A stretch of DNA of 64,000 nucleotides from Antedon mediterranea (Eukaryota > Animalia > Echinodermata). Below, one piece after another: positions 12,896 to 50,086 of the stretch. The stretch spans positions 24,973,175 to 25,037,174 of the forward strand of contig NC_092677.1 in NCBI RefSeq assembly GCF_964355755.1. Reading direction: 5' to 3'. The position numbers were made by a program, and so were the translations under genes. Below the pieces are notes generated by a model. That model ran no database searches, had not been told where the DNA came from, and saw only the letters and a list, made by a program, of their open reading frames with translations. Positions within the stretch are counted from its first letter, which is position 1. Each line of letters starts with the position of its first letter.

Positions 12896-14671
12896 TTAGT
12901 CACCAAGAAATTCATAAGGAACCTGTAAAATGACACAAGATGATCCGAGGGTGGACGCAGGAGGTGGACGAATGCTACTCCAAAGTCCGAGTACACGATC
13001 GTAGATACACGCTTCCGGAACTGGTGAACTAATCGTTCTTTCTCCTCCCGATCCCCCGAACACCAGAACGTTTCGGTTCCATGCACAATAAAGGAAGCAC
13101 TTCCTCTCCGGTAATTTTCCAAAATGACACGCACTTTGTTCCGTCCACGTGTTCCTTTCCGGGTTTAGACATAACTCTTTCGTGGTTAGATCAGTCACGT
13201 AAATTTTACCTTTGTATGCTTCAACAACAGGAAAATCCCAAAAATTGTCTCTATCAAGTGGAATAGACGGTAATTGGAACCATGTATCCGTCTCTGTGTC
13301 GTAGCGCTCAACGGACGGAACGGGTCGACGATTTTCGTCTCTTCCCCCAATTGCATAAATATAACGGTCATCTAAAACGGCCATATGCATGCCGTATCGG
13401 CCTTTGGTCATTGGTGTCACGCTCTTCCATTCCTCCATTTCGGGATCGTAGCATTCAACAGTCTGTAGCACCCTGTCCCATTTTATCCCACCCATTGCAT
13501 ATAAGCGTCCATTACACGCCACCAACGATAAATATTCTCGCGGTGTTTGTAGACTCTTAACATTATACCAGCAGTTTGTGTTTGTGTCGTAACAATGCAC
13601 TCTATTGGATATAAGACCACTGCTCGTCCCGCCGGCTATGTACATTTTCCCGTCGAGAACAGCACTTGCGTGGAAACGCAACTCATTAATTGGCAAGTCC
13701 GGTAGATGCGTCCACCTGTTTTCATGTAAAATATACACGTAGCAGTACGCAGATGGACCTAAATCAGATACTCCACCAGTAATCACAACAACGTCCGTCA
13801 ATTTTCCTTTGCGTGGTTTCAGTACAGGACTGTCCTTACAGTAACTCCTGCGAGTCGTATCAGTTTGTCGTTTTGCATCAGCGACCAAGTCTCTACAATC
13901 TTGGCTCGCTAGAACTAATTCTTCTTTTTCCACGACTTTGATAAGAAATGAACGGTTAAGCTGAGCAAGACGGACATGTTTTAATAGCGGTGCAAAATAT
14001 TGCTTTCTTGACCCAGTATCGTGTTTAACCCATTTTATAATCGTGTTATAAATTGTTTCCTCCATCTTTACTCTTACTTTTTCATCGGACACTAATTCTA
14101 AGACTTGCTCAAATGGCAGCCGAACTAAATCATCAACAGACTCGGTTACAACTAACCGAAAGTTGTTTCTAATGAATTTGCTAGCTTTCACGTGTAACTG
14201 TTCAAAACCGTATAAATACGACAGTGATTTTACTACTAAACAGTTTGAAAAATTCAAATGGCGGTCCAAAAAATGTAGACAATGCTCTTTGAGTTTTGTC
14301 ATTAAAAAGTGGTCAGCACCTTGTAATATACTATGGACGTTATCCGAGTTTAAGGATATGCTACCCGTGTACATATAGTTCAAAATATCATTCATTGCTT
14401 CCGCCGTTGTACCTTCTATAACGGCGGCCCTACGTCGGTCCTCTTCCCAGCCACTATTGCACATTGTGTCGAAGTAGGGGCTACAGGCAGCCAGAACATT
14501 TCTGTGCGCCTTGAATTCTTGCCCCTCAACTTGAAGCACCATATCGCAGAATTTATCATCGTTTCTAAATCGGTATAATTGTTCTAGAATTTTAGCAGCT
14601 TGGTCCTTTTCTCTAAACTCCATCGGTTTATTTGAGTCGCTGTGGCGACTAAGCGCCATATTCACAACCAT
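12896..14671 (-). CDS. Kelch-like protein (BTB-BACK-Kelch, Cul3 substrate adaptor), intronless CDS
   Basis: 591-aa ORF. BTB (FCDMVLQVEGQEFKAHRNVLAACSPYF), BACK (EETIYNTIIKWVKHD) and Kelch repeats with GG/Y/W motifs (MYIAGG, LYAMGG, IYAIGG, VECYDP, VERYDTETDTW). Confidence 0.95.
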   Translation of the reverse strand: MVVNMALSRHSDSNKPMEFREKDQAAKILEQLYRFRNDDKFCDMVLQVEGQEFKAHRNVLAACSPYFDTMCNSGWEEDRRRAAVIEGTTAEAMNDILNYMYTGSISLNSDNVHSILQGADHFLMTKLKEHCLHFLDRHLNFSNCLVVKSLSYLYGFEQLHVKASKFIRNNFRLVVTESVDDLVRLPFEQVLELVSDEKVRVKMEETIYNTIIKWVKHDTGSRKQYFAPLLKHVRLAQLNRSFLIKVVEKEELVLASQDCRDLVADAKRQTDTTRRSYCKDSPVLKPRKGKLTDVVVITGGVSDLGPSAYCYVYILHENRWTHLPDLPINELRFHASAVLDGKMYIAGGTSSGLISNRVHCYDTNTNCWYNVKSLQTPREYLSLVACNGRLYAMGGIKWDRVLQTVECYDPEMEEWKSVTPMTKGRYGMHMAVLDDRYIYAIGGRDENRRPVPSVERYDTETDTWFQLPSIPLDRDNFWDFPVVEAYKGKIYVTDLTTKELCLNPERNTWTEQSACHFGKLPERKCFLYCAWNRNVLVFGGSGGERTISSPVPEACIYDRVLGLWSSIRPPPASTLGSSCVILQVPYEFLGD

Positions 14672-14884
14672 TCACAACACTATCACAATAACAATAAACA
14701 GCTGATATACGAACAAGTTGCTTATATCGGAAGTTAATTGAGTACGCACTAATCACTTCGTACTCATGGGAGTAAACTTAAACTTCGACAGGGCGAGTTG
14801 AGTCATCCAGCTTCCAGTGTGGTATAGAGGGCGACATAGTACTTTTTACATAAAAAAATATAACATCTTATAACAACTGGCATA

Positions 14885-14923
14885 ATTCAACGTTTCGGTC
14901 CTTTATTTGATCATCATCAGGAA
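14885..14923 (-). ncRNA. Degenerate minimal hammerhead ribozyme (Penelope-like)
   Basis: Minus strand reads TTC-CTGATGA-T-GATC(aaataaag)GACC-GAAA-CG-TT-GAA. Palindromic AACGTT helix III; helix II has one mismatch; triplet is GUU. Confidence 0.5.
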
Positions 14924-15024
14924 ATAAAAATATATAAAAAACAAATTATTTAAGTATCTCCTGTTACACTTTGGTGCTTTTTATTTCGTATAGTTGTTAG
15001 TAAATTCTATTTATTTTTTTCTTA

Positions 15025-15460
15025 TGCAGCTCGACTTGTATCCGTCACTTCAAGATTGGCTCATATTACACCAATATTATATAAACTTCACTGGCTTCCA
15101 ATTAAACAACAAATTATTTTTAAACTAATGTTAATTACATATAAATCTCTTCACGACAAATCCCCATAATATATTTCCAATTTAATTATACGTTGATCTT
15201 CAGTTTGCAAAAGATCTCTTAGGTCAACCACTAATCCATCTGCACTTTTTTGTTCCACCCAGCCGCCTTAAGACCTGTGGTGGTGATCGAGCCTTTGCAG
15301 ATGCAGCACCTAAACGGTGGAACAATCTTCCTGATCATATTAAAAATGCATCATAGTTTTCAAAACACTCTTAAAAACCGATCTTTTTTTCTTTGTAATT
15401 TCTTTTGTTTTTCTCTCAGCGCTTTGGGACAATCTTTTGATTGTATCAATAAGTCGAACA
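15025..15460 (+). mobile_element. LINE (L2/CR1-group) 3' fragment
   Basis: Translates AARLV...AHITPILYKLHWLPIKQQIIFK, the typical post-RT C-terminus of L2-type ORF2. Confidence 0.75.
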
Positions 15461-15536
15461 ACATTACATTATGGTTCCATCAAATGTCGATCTTTTTTTG
15501 GCATTAAATTGTATTTTATATTAGTAGTTATATTAA

Positions 15537-15881
15537 AGATGTATTGTCCCTCAAAAACATGAAAAATAAAAATTAATTAAATCAGACTTTGAATATGTTA
15601 TTTTTGTAGTTTTAATAAAGTTAATCACTTCCAATGAAAAAAAAACGAAAAAAAATAATGTTTTCACTTATAAAATGACAAAATAAATGGTTAAATTCAA
15701 CCAAAAATCCATTGGCTGGCAGCCAATTTGACCATTTTTTCCTTTAAATCACATTTTTTCAGGTAAATACATTTTTTTCGATCCAATTTTTGGTCAAAGT
15801 GGATAACTATTGTGTTACATTAATCTGGAATATTAAAAAAAAAAATTTTAAAAATTAATTTTTCAGGGGGACGATACATCT
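15537..15881. mobile_element. TTAA-flanked MITE (Kolobok-like) family M2
   Basis: TTAA|AGATGTATTGTCCC...GGGACGATACATCT|TTAA. Other copies at 20659-20768 (internally deleted) and 25652-25999 (opposite orientation). Confidence 0.85.
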
Positions 15882-16222
15882 TTAAAGGTCGTAATATAAT
15901 ATTTATTTGGTATCTCAAGCACAATGTCTCCAGGAGCAGGCAATAGGCATCCCCTGAACAATTACCCGCTCTTGCTTCAACCTTAAAAAAAAAACATATT
16001 TTAAACACTGAGAGTTAGCATTAGTTAAAATGATACTAGAAGCAATATAGATGTTCGAACTATATATACAGTAGGCCTGAAAAAGAATATAGTGACACTA
16101 ACATAAAACGACATTAAATTAATGTTATTTTTTATATCATATTTGTGTTTAATATATCTTGCATTATAGAATATCACACACATTGTAATAAGCACTATCA
16201 GTGATACTTAAGACATAGGGCT

Positions 16223-16840
16223 ATCAATCAATCAATCAATTCAACTTTATTTCAGACAAACTGTCCATATGAAACATATAAATACAATAAAAAATAATAC
16301 AAAGCATTATGTGACAACCGTCATGGAGAGAGGACTAATGATTATTTGTTGACATATAGTGCCTCTTAAAATACATGTGGATTATGTTTTGGGATTTATT
16401 GGATGTAGACTGTAGACATTATTATATTATTGATTACTATAGTTTACAAAACAACACATTATGGCTATACTGATACTAGTTAACACACGTAAAAGTATAC
16501 ATGAGATTATATATACAAAAGTTCTATCCATTTTCTATGCAACTTTGAATCTTTTAGAATACGAGAAAAAACACATATAATTAAAGTATTACTGCTTTTT
16601 TCAATTTTTGTTTTGAAACAAAAAATTGATTTCCGAATGTACTCATAGAAGGAGGGAACATGGTTATCAACAAACATAGCACTAGCACTACAGCTCCTTG
16701 AGCGTCTTAAAATCTTTCTAAGTGCGTTATTATAACAGACCTGTAATGACTTCATAGTTTTTACATTAAAATCGCACCATAAGGCCGCACAATACATACT
16801 AATACAGTATGACGTAAACAAAGCTATCATTCATTTATTG
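16223..16840 (-). mobile_element. LINE (RTE/RTEX-like) 3' fragment
   Basis: ORF 16507-16830 (LFTSYCISMYCAALW...VCYNNALRKIL...CSASAMF) followed by AATAAA and a (TTGA)n tail. Confidence 0.75.
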
Positions 16841-17899
16841 ATCATAATGTTTTTAAAAAATCGATGCAATAAATTTGGACATAATGACAATTTACAACAA
16901 TGATTTTAAAAAAGCAGAATACTAGCCCAAATTACATAATGCTTAAATTAAAATAAACTAAATTTCTCTACCTTTTTAAGAACATAATGAACATCCAATT
17001 TCGGTAGATGTAACCAATTAGGGTCTTCCTTAGAAAGTACAAATCATAATCGTTATATTATTAGCAAATAATATATTGCATGCCGGTAATTTTATCAAAT
17101 GTACATATGTGATATAAATATGAGTGTGTGTTTAAAAAAAAAATTATCATACGCTACTATTTATCTATTCAATTGTAAGAAAGCGGATCCAGTGCATTTT
17201 AAAAGAAAAGTAGTGCATGCTGCTGCTGGCATCCGACCGCCTGTGCAGAAACTTATTACAAATACATCGCCCTCATGTGTTAGGAAATTGCTTAATTCCG
17301 TACCAACTACCAAACCATTATGAAAGACGTATGGTCATTGGTTACTTTCTCCGAAAATTGACTATATGATCTGCAAAAAATATATATTTACTAATTAAAC
17401 ATAGAGAAGAATACAATAAACATCAATAAAAACATTGTAGATATAATATATTGACGTTTTGTGAGATGAGTAGTATTAATTTAAATAATTGTAGTTATTG
17501 ATATGTTCTATTTCTACCAATCAGAACAATCGTAACATTCCGCATTGTCTGAAGCTAGCCATACCGCGATGAACCATTCGATGCAGGTTGTAGCGACCGT
17601 AAACTCACTCGAAATGCGGTTGGAATTTTTCATCTTGCACAATTTATCTTATGGTATTTATGTGTTTAATGGTATTTTTGCCGTAAAATTTGGCGTTTAA
17701 ATTGTGAATCATTTCACAGTAACTTTTCTAGGCTAGTGAGGGGGTTCATGTGTTCCACATTTGTCGCCTGCGGTGGGGGTTTCTTGTGCTGGGTATAGGA
17801 CTTCGTCTGCTGCTAGAATACACCGCGAGGTGAACATGGTTATTTCTCGTTTTCTCTTCATTATGCACGAACGTTGAACCTTTCTTTGTTCCGTTTTAT

Positions 17900-17910
17900 A
17901 ATGGCGGCGT
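17900..17910 (+). promoter_or_regulatory. YY1-like motif in the CpG-richer region upstream of the CHD8-like gene
   Basis: AATGGCGGCG within the CpG-richer 17560-18080 block upstream of the acceptor at 18433. Motif match only. Confidence 0.3.
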
Positions 17911-18505
17911 AAGAAGGCGTTCATTCTTTCGGTCTTTTAAAACTAATTTCTTGTTCTTTCTTGTAACTGTTTCAGTTTTTTAATTTGTTGACAGGGCCAA
18001 CGAGTGTGTGTGAGAAGAAAGGGTCACCAAAGTTTTTTTTTCTTCCAAATTTTTATTCACTGGTCGCCACCTGGTTGAATAAACTGGCTGGTATAATTAT
18101 AATAATAATAATATATAACATTATTTTTAAAATTTCTAAATTTAGATTTAACTTTATGTGATTTTGTTGAAAGTTGATGATTAATTAATTTGTTTTTAGA
18201 CATATATATAATTAAATATTTCTTTCTTATTACTTATTTATATTATTTAATTAGCAAAATAATTAACGCATAAATTATTACACACCATATTAAATCCCTA
18301 CACTTGATTGATTTATTTATGGTTTGCTTCTGAAGTACCTGTCACAGTCCACCAGAAATGAGTTGGATACATTATTTCTAAATAAATTTGAAAGCCTTCT
18401 AAAAAATCTAGTTTTATCTGTTTTTTTTTTCAGGTGAGCCATGGTTGACTAAAAAGAACGCACTAGAACAAGTTAAAACTGAGAGTTGAGAAGTCTTACC
18501 GAAAT

Positions 18506-44408
<25,903 letters not shown>

Positions 44409-47400
44409 TGAGCAGCTGGAATGTGCTACTTAAATTGTTAAGAACATTTGTTTGTCAAATGATTGATTTGAAAGAATTGGCTTTTATTTAAATAACAGAC
44501 TTAAGAGCAATGTTACTCAAGTGACAGTAAGAAATAAGAACAAGATAACTTAAGATCAATGTTGCTAAAAGTGCAACAGAGGGTTGCTTACTACTGTACA
44601 ATGTTGTGTGGTTACTTGGGTTAACCTCAGAAATGAAGGATCTTGCTAAGAAGTTGACTGGTAATCAAGTGACACTCTCTATCAGAGAACAGACTTTCTT
44701 AAAGACAGACAGAGTTACTTAAAGTGGCAATCACAGAATGTCACTTGAAGTGTGACAATACAGATTGAGGCGTCGCTTGGAAGTGCCACAATGCACTTGA
44801 AGATATGGCAATTAAACACTACAATGTTATGTGGTTAATAGTTGAGCTGAGGAATGCTATAAGTACTGTTGATTAGCAAGACAATAACCATATCAAACAT
44901 ATTATTGGAAGGAGGCAGCTTATTAAAAGTAATAATATATATGAAAGTAGTTTTGTCAAAATGGTGCAATAACACTAAAGACGTTAAAATTAGCTAGTAA
45001 GTTTGAAACAAGCCGTGGCTCACTGACAATTCCAAATGTGCAAGTTTCATCACAGATCATTTTTGAGAGCTGTGATGTGCACGTTTTAAAGAAGTCTCTA
45101 CTACTTTTAATTTTTATCAGGAACATAAGATAGTTTGCGATTTTTGATGTTGGTTTTTCTGACGTCTCTCCCTCGCTTCTTAATTTAGCTTGGCAAAGTC
45201 GGCTGCCAGGGATACTATATAAGCCTACAGGATTAGCACCAACGGCACAACATGAGTTTGCACGCATATTTGAATTTGGATTTAAGAAAGTAACTTGTTG
45301 AATTTAATTTTAGGATCATGGCTGTCAATTATTTATGAAGAAAACCATTTTTTTTTTGCTGTGGTGTTTTTTGAAAGAATAAATGAAATTTTTACTATCG
45401 ATTAATGGAAATATTAATTACTTGTTAAGTATGTCTTCTGGTTTTTGTGAGGGGGGGGGGGGGATTAAAGTTATGAACGTTTCTTACCAAATCAATGGCC
45501 TCCAAATATGTTTTGATTTTAAGTTTAGCATTATAGTAATATATAATATAATATACAATGCTCAAATAGTTTTGGTATAACGAATATAAAATACCATAAA
45601 TAAAATTATTACCAATTCTTATGCATATTAATTATTCTGATTTTTTATTTAACTTGGCCTTGTAAAAATCTTCTCTGTACAAAATAAACAATACTGTATA
45701 TATTCTCTTTATATTCATTTTGTAAAAGAAGTACAATTCAATGGGACTTTTTCTTGTGTTTTAATCATTCTCATTTTGTTTCTTGTTGTAGTTTTTGTTT
45801 GTCATATTTTCTATGAATGTAGTAATAATTTTGGCATCTGTAGTTGATGCAATAGTTATTTAAAACTTCACAAATGCACGCTGTTTAAAAACACAAGAAA
45901 CTCTGGAAAATAGCACATGGGCTACTTATCGGAACTGTCTGATGAAGTGAGCAAAACAGCATCTGGTTATGTAGAATTATTTGATTAAAAAGTAATAAGG
46001 TAAATTAGTGAATGTTGCTGTTGTTGAATTATGTTACAGTTATGAAATGATTTTGTTTGTCTTTGATGTCTTTTGAATGGCTTTAGGACCAAACAATGTT
46101 TTCTCTGGTTGGTGTTTATTATTGGTGGTTATTTACACTCAATTTTCCTTGTTAAAGAACCATTAACTAACTGTTTCTTTGTTTTTGTCAAGGCTTACTC
46201 GGTCGGAGATTTAGGTAGACCGAGTTGTTAGGACACTTGACTGCCATACAGAGAGACCCAAATTCAATTCTCAACAACTCCCAGTCTACTCTGCTGTAAA
46301 TGAATACTGGTTGAAAATACCAGGGAGGATAAGGCGGCGTACAAAGGAACTGGCCACCCCACCCCACCACATAACAGCCCATTACCCTTATGTTCAGAAT
46401 CGAATATGGGACTGAATGATGTAGACCTAATGTGCTTTGACCCCCACCTTTTCCTATTTGTAGAATGAATCGTACGAAATTAATCCGTTCAAACGAATTA
46501 CTAATTCGTTAGAACGGATTACGTTCGAAAAACATATACTTAAAATGGCATTAATGGGCTTTCATAGAATCGTGTGTTTTTTTTTAAATTTTAATCTGGT
46601 GACCATGACTTTGTTTCCAAACTTATTTTAGCCTCCTTCTGCACACTTTATTTTTTAAACTAGTGTAACTTTGTTTTTTCATGTGTGTGCAGAGAAACAA
46701 TAAGAAAAAACAAACAATCCCACCACTCTTATCTTTACCAAATTGTAGTATTGGTAAAGTTAGGAAAAAACAACACTGGTAAATTGTACCTAAAAAGTGT
46801 ATATTTAATTACTGATACAGTACTCTATATTGTTTACATTCTATAAACTACAGTACATTTTAAATCCTTTACAAAAATCAATTTCCTCTCTTAATTGTTG
46901 TCATGGTTTACTAATAAATTCTGGAAAATTATATAAATAAATTTGTGGATTTGTTGTCATATCTGATAAATAAGATTAGAATTCTAGAGTAAATATTCCT
47001 TCAAGAATATGGTACAAAATGAGTTGTATCTTATTTTAATTCTCAATCACTTATTTATATTATTTATGTACATTTTAAATAGATATTTACCAGAAGGTCT
47101 CTAGATTTCATTTAAAAAATAGTAAATATAAAAATTGAACTTTTGGATTTGATAAATAATGGATAACATGTACTAATATTCTAAATTATAACATACAAAA
47201 CTTTGGTTGAGTTGATAATATTTAATGATTTTAAAATTTATATTTGTTTTAATTTCAATTAGTACTGGATGAAGTTTTCAGAAAAAAATAATATGGAATG
47301 GAATATAAATTTGTATCAAGACAATTGGTATAAAAAAGTAGTAAGTACTTTTTTAGTATCTGTCAAACTCATACCGAGTTGAATCAACAGAAAAGAAAAT

Positions 47401-47869
47401 TTACTCTAATATTATACAGATATTGCCTGCTTAGAGGTAAAATATAAGATTTGACATACCGAGGGAATATATTTCCCGAAGTGCATATTTCACCTTTAAG
47501 CAGGAAATATCTGTATAATACAGTATTAGGATCCAAATGAAATTTTTTCAAGACAATTATTTCTTTGGAACTCAAATAAAATCAACTGCACTTTTATTAG
47601 GCGAATCATGTACACATTAGTATTATGATTTTGAATTGTGGAAAGGGTCATTTCATGAATTGAATTTTTGTAATGACTATTACACGATTTTCTATACATT
47701 TAGTACTTAACTTAAATTTCTAGTACTGAACTGCAGATGGTTCAGAAATCTTTAAAGCTCTGTCTACACTATCAAACTTTGTGACAAAAAAATGTGATGT
47801 GCCCATATATGGAAATGATGTCACATCACAACTATATTTGGGCATATCACTACCATATTCGGGCACGCT

Positions 47870-49383
47870 TTAGGCTGGAATACAGTCCACTTTGTCATGG
47901 CACGGGTCAGCATAGTAGCCCTCGAATAAATTGTACGTGTTTACGAGAGGAAACATGATCAATGCACCAATAAGAGATCCAATCTGGGTAACGACACCGA
48001 ACCATATCAGCAAAGACCTACTACCATTGGCGTTCCGAAGGATCCAACCTATCGTAGCTTTTGTGTATGTAAAGAATGCTGTTACGCAAACCCAGCATGC
48101 AACCTGAAAGAAAATTAAGATACAAAATATAATTTTGAATGTTATAGTAGTATTTGAATAATATCGATGTGATGACTCAACAAAATGAAACTTACTATAA
48201 TAATATCACCGGCCAATTTAAATTGCAGGGGTGGTGACGGACTTAGAACCGCTGTAGTCATGCAGAATGATCCAAACAAAGTACCAAGTATTGCTGTCGT
48301 TGTTACCAGCGTCTTGCTCTTCTGTGGCCAAAGAAACACTAGAAAACATGCGATAGGGTTTGCGATATTTCCAAAAGTAGCAGCTAAAAGGTACGTATCG
48401 AGTCCGTAAGCACCGCACGAATAACTCTGGATAGATGGAAGCACGCCATTACTTAAGCCGCTCACCCAGCCTAAAATAACAAACAGGTATATGGCGTTTT
48501 TCTGTGTTAACGATTCAACTGGTGTATCTTTATCAGCATCATCAGGTTCAGCAGTCGCGCCATAACCATTGCGTATCATTGTGTAACTTTCCTGGCTACT
48601 TGAAACCGATGGAATTTGTTCCACGCCTTCTAAAGGACCATCGCATTCTTGCGGTATGCGTTCTCGCTTTGACAACGGTAAATAATTCAATAAGATAAAG
48701 GCAAGACCACAACTGCTCATCATAGCTGTCAAAAAAATAAAGAAATCCTCGGGTGGGAATCTTTCTGACTTGGCATCGGTAATCCAGTCTGTACAGTTGT
48801 TTTTTGTTCCGTTTATATATCTTTCGTACGTGAAATTTGCTCTACAGCCTTCTTCCCCACCAACTCCTTGCCCAAGCGCAACAAGGCTTGGCAACAGCGC
48901 GCTGAAACCTTCTCCGACAAAATACCATGTCACGTAAAGGTTCATAAAACGCGACATGAATGGCGTGAACGCTACTGATGATGTACAATCGACAATGGCA
49001 AGAAAAAATGCTAAAATTAACAGCGCAGTGCTGCGGTAATCATTTACAACGTCCCAATAAGTGGTGCCATCCCAAAAGAATATCAATAAAGTACATGCAG
49101 TTATTCCTATTGTTACAACTAAGTATATAGCTGGGACTTCAAGGCGAATGTGTTTTGGAGTTGCGTATGATAAAATAACAAATAAAACTGGGCCGATGTT
49201 TGCGAGTTGGATGATAATGGTAAGATACGATGCCAGTTGGTACCCTTCTGGTATTCCGAGTTTCACAAGTAAAGGAAGCTCCACCCAGAGTCCATTGATC
49301 GCTACCCAGGATCCTGTGCCAAAAAAGACGACAAGAACAGCCACAAGAGGTGAGACAGAAACCTTTCTGCAATTCACAGCCAT
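47870..49383 (-). CDS. SLC52A3: Riboflavin transporter, SLC52A family (SLC52A3-like)
   Basis: Coding exons 49383-48196 and 48103-47870. Motifs FGTGSWVAINGLWVELPLLV, LANIGP, VDCTSSVAFTPFM, NGVLPSIQSYSC, QIGSLIGALIMFPLVN. Acceptor at 49421 and a probable upstream non-coding exon with its donor at ~49753. Probably co-orthologous to SLC52A1-3. Confidence 0.93.
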
Positions 49384-50086
49384 TTTTCTTTGTGTAGAAC
49401 GCAAGCTACAAAGGCACCTACCTGCAAAAAAAAAAATTGTTTTATTTTTAGTTAATCTAGTAGTAGTAGTAGGTAGCTGGTAGTACTAGGCCTATACTAC
49501 AGTAGTAATAGTAGGAATCCCTAGTACTAGGCTAGAGTATTTTTAGTAGTATATAGTAGGCCAACACACCATCAGTCAGCAGAACAGACAGCAGAGTAGT
49601 GAGTGGTGTCTGCCTATTTATATCTCTAGCCCTAGCTAGTTAAGTTAGGCCAGGCCTAGACTAGAGGCCTGCCTAGTTAGAATTAATATGCTTCTATCTA
49701 GGCTAGAAGCTATTAATAAAATATCAATCAACTGCAGCACTAATATCACTTACGGCGTATATATAATTATAAAAGATGATTAATTTATTATAAGCCAAAT
49801 TACAACATTAACAGGGCGTGCTAATCATGCAAGTTTAAACAACAAACCCAACCATCCATATAGACGACACACACACAGCAGGGAACCAGAGAGACCGCTA
49901 AAAATTAACCAACAGAGGGCAGGATTTTGTCACGCTTGAGTGATTTGACCACACGACGTCGTACGCATCGACGATTTCATACACAAAATTTAAAAATCCA
50001 ATTCATTTTCAGTCGATCAGCGACGCACAGCGTGTGTGTTTTTGTTGTTGTGCGAGAGAAAAGCGGCAATTCAATTGTGTGTCAAA

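Noticed and set aside
44500-44820. Loose GTTACTTAAAGTG-like recurrences in the CHD8-like 3' UTR
   Set aside because: Too degenerate to define a unit or function by eye.
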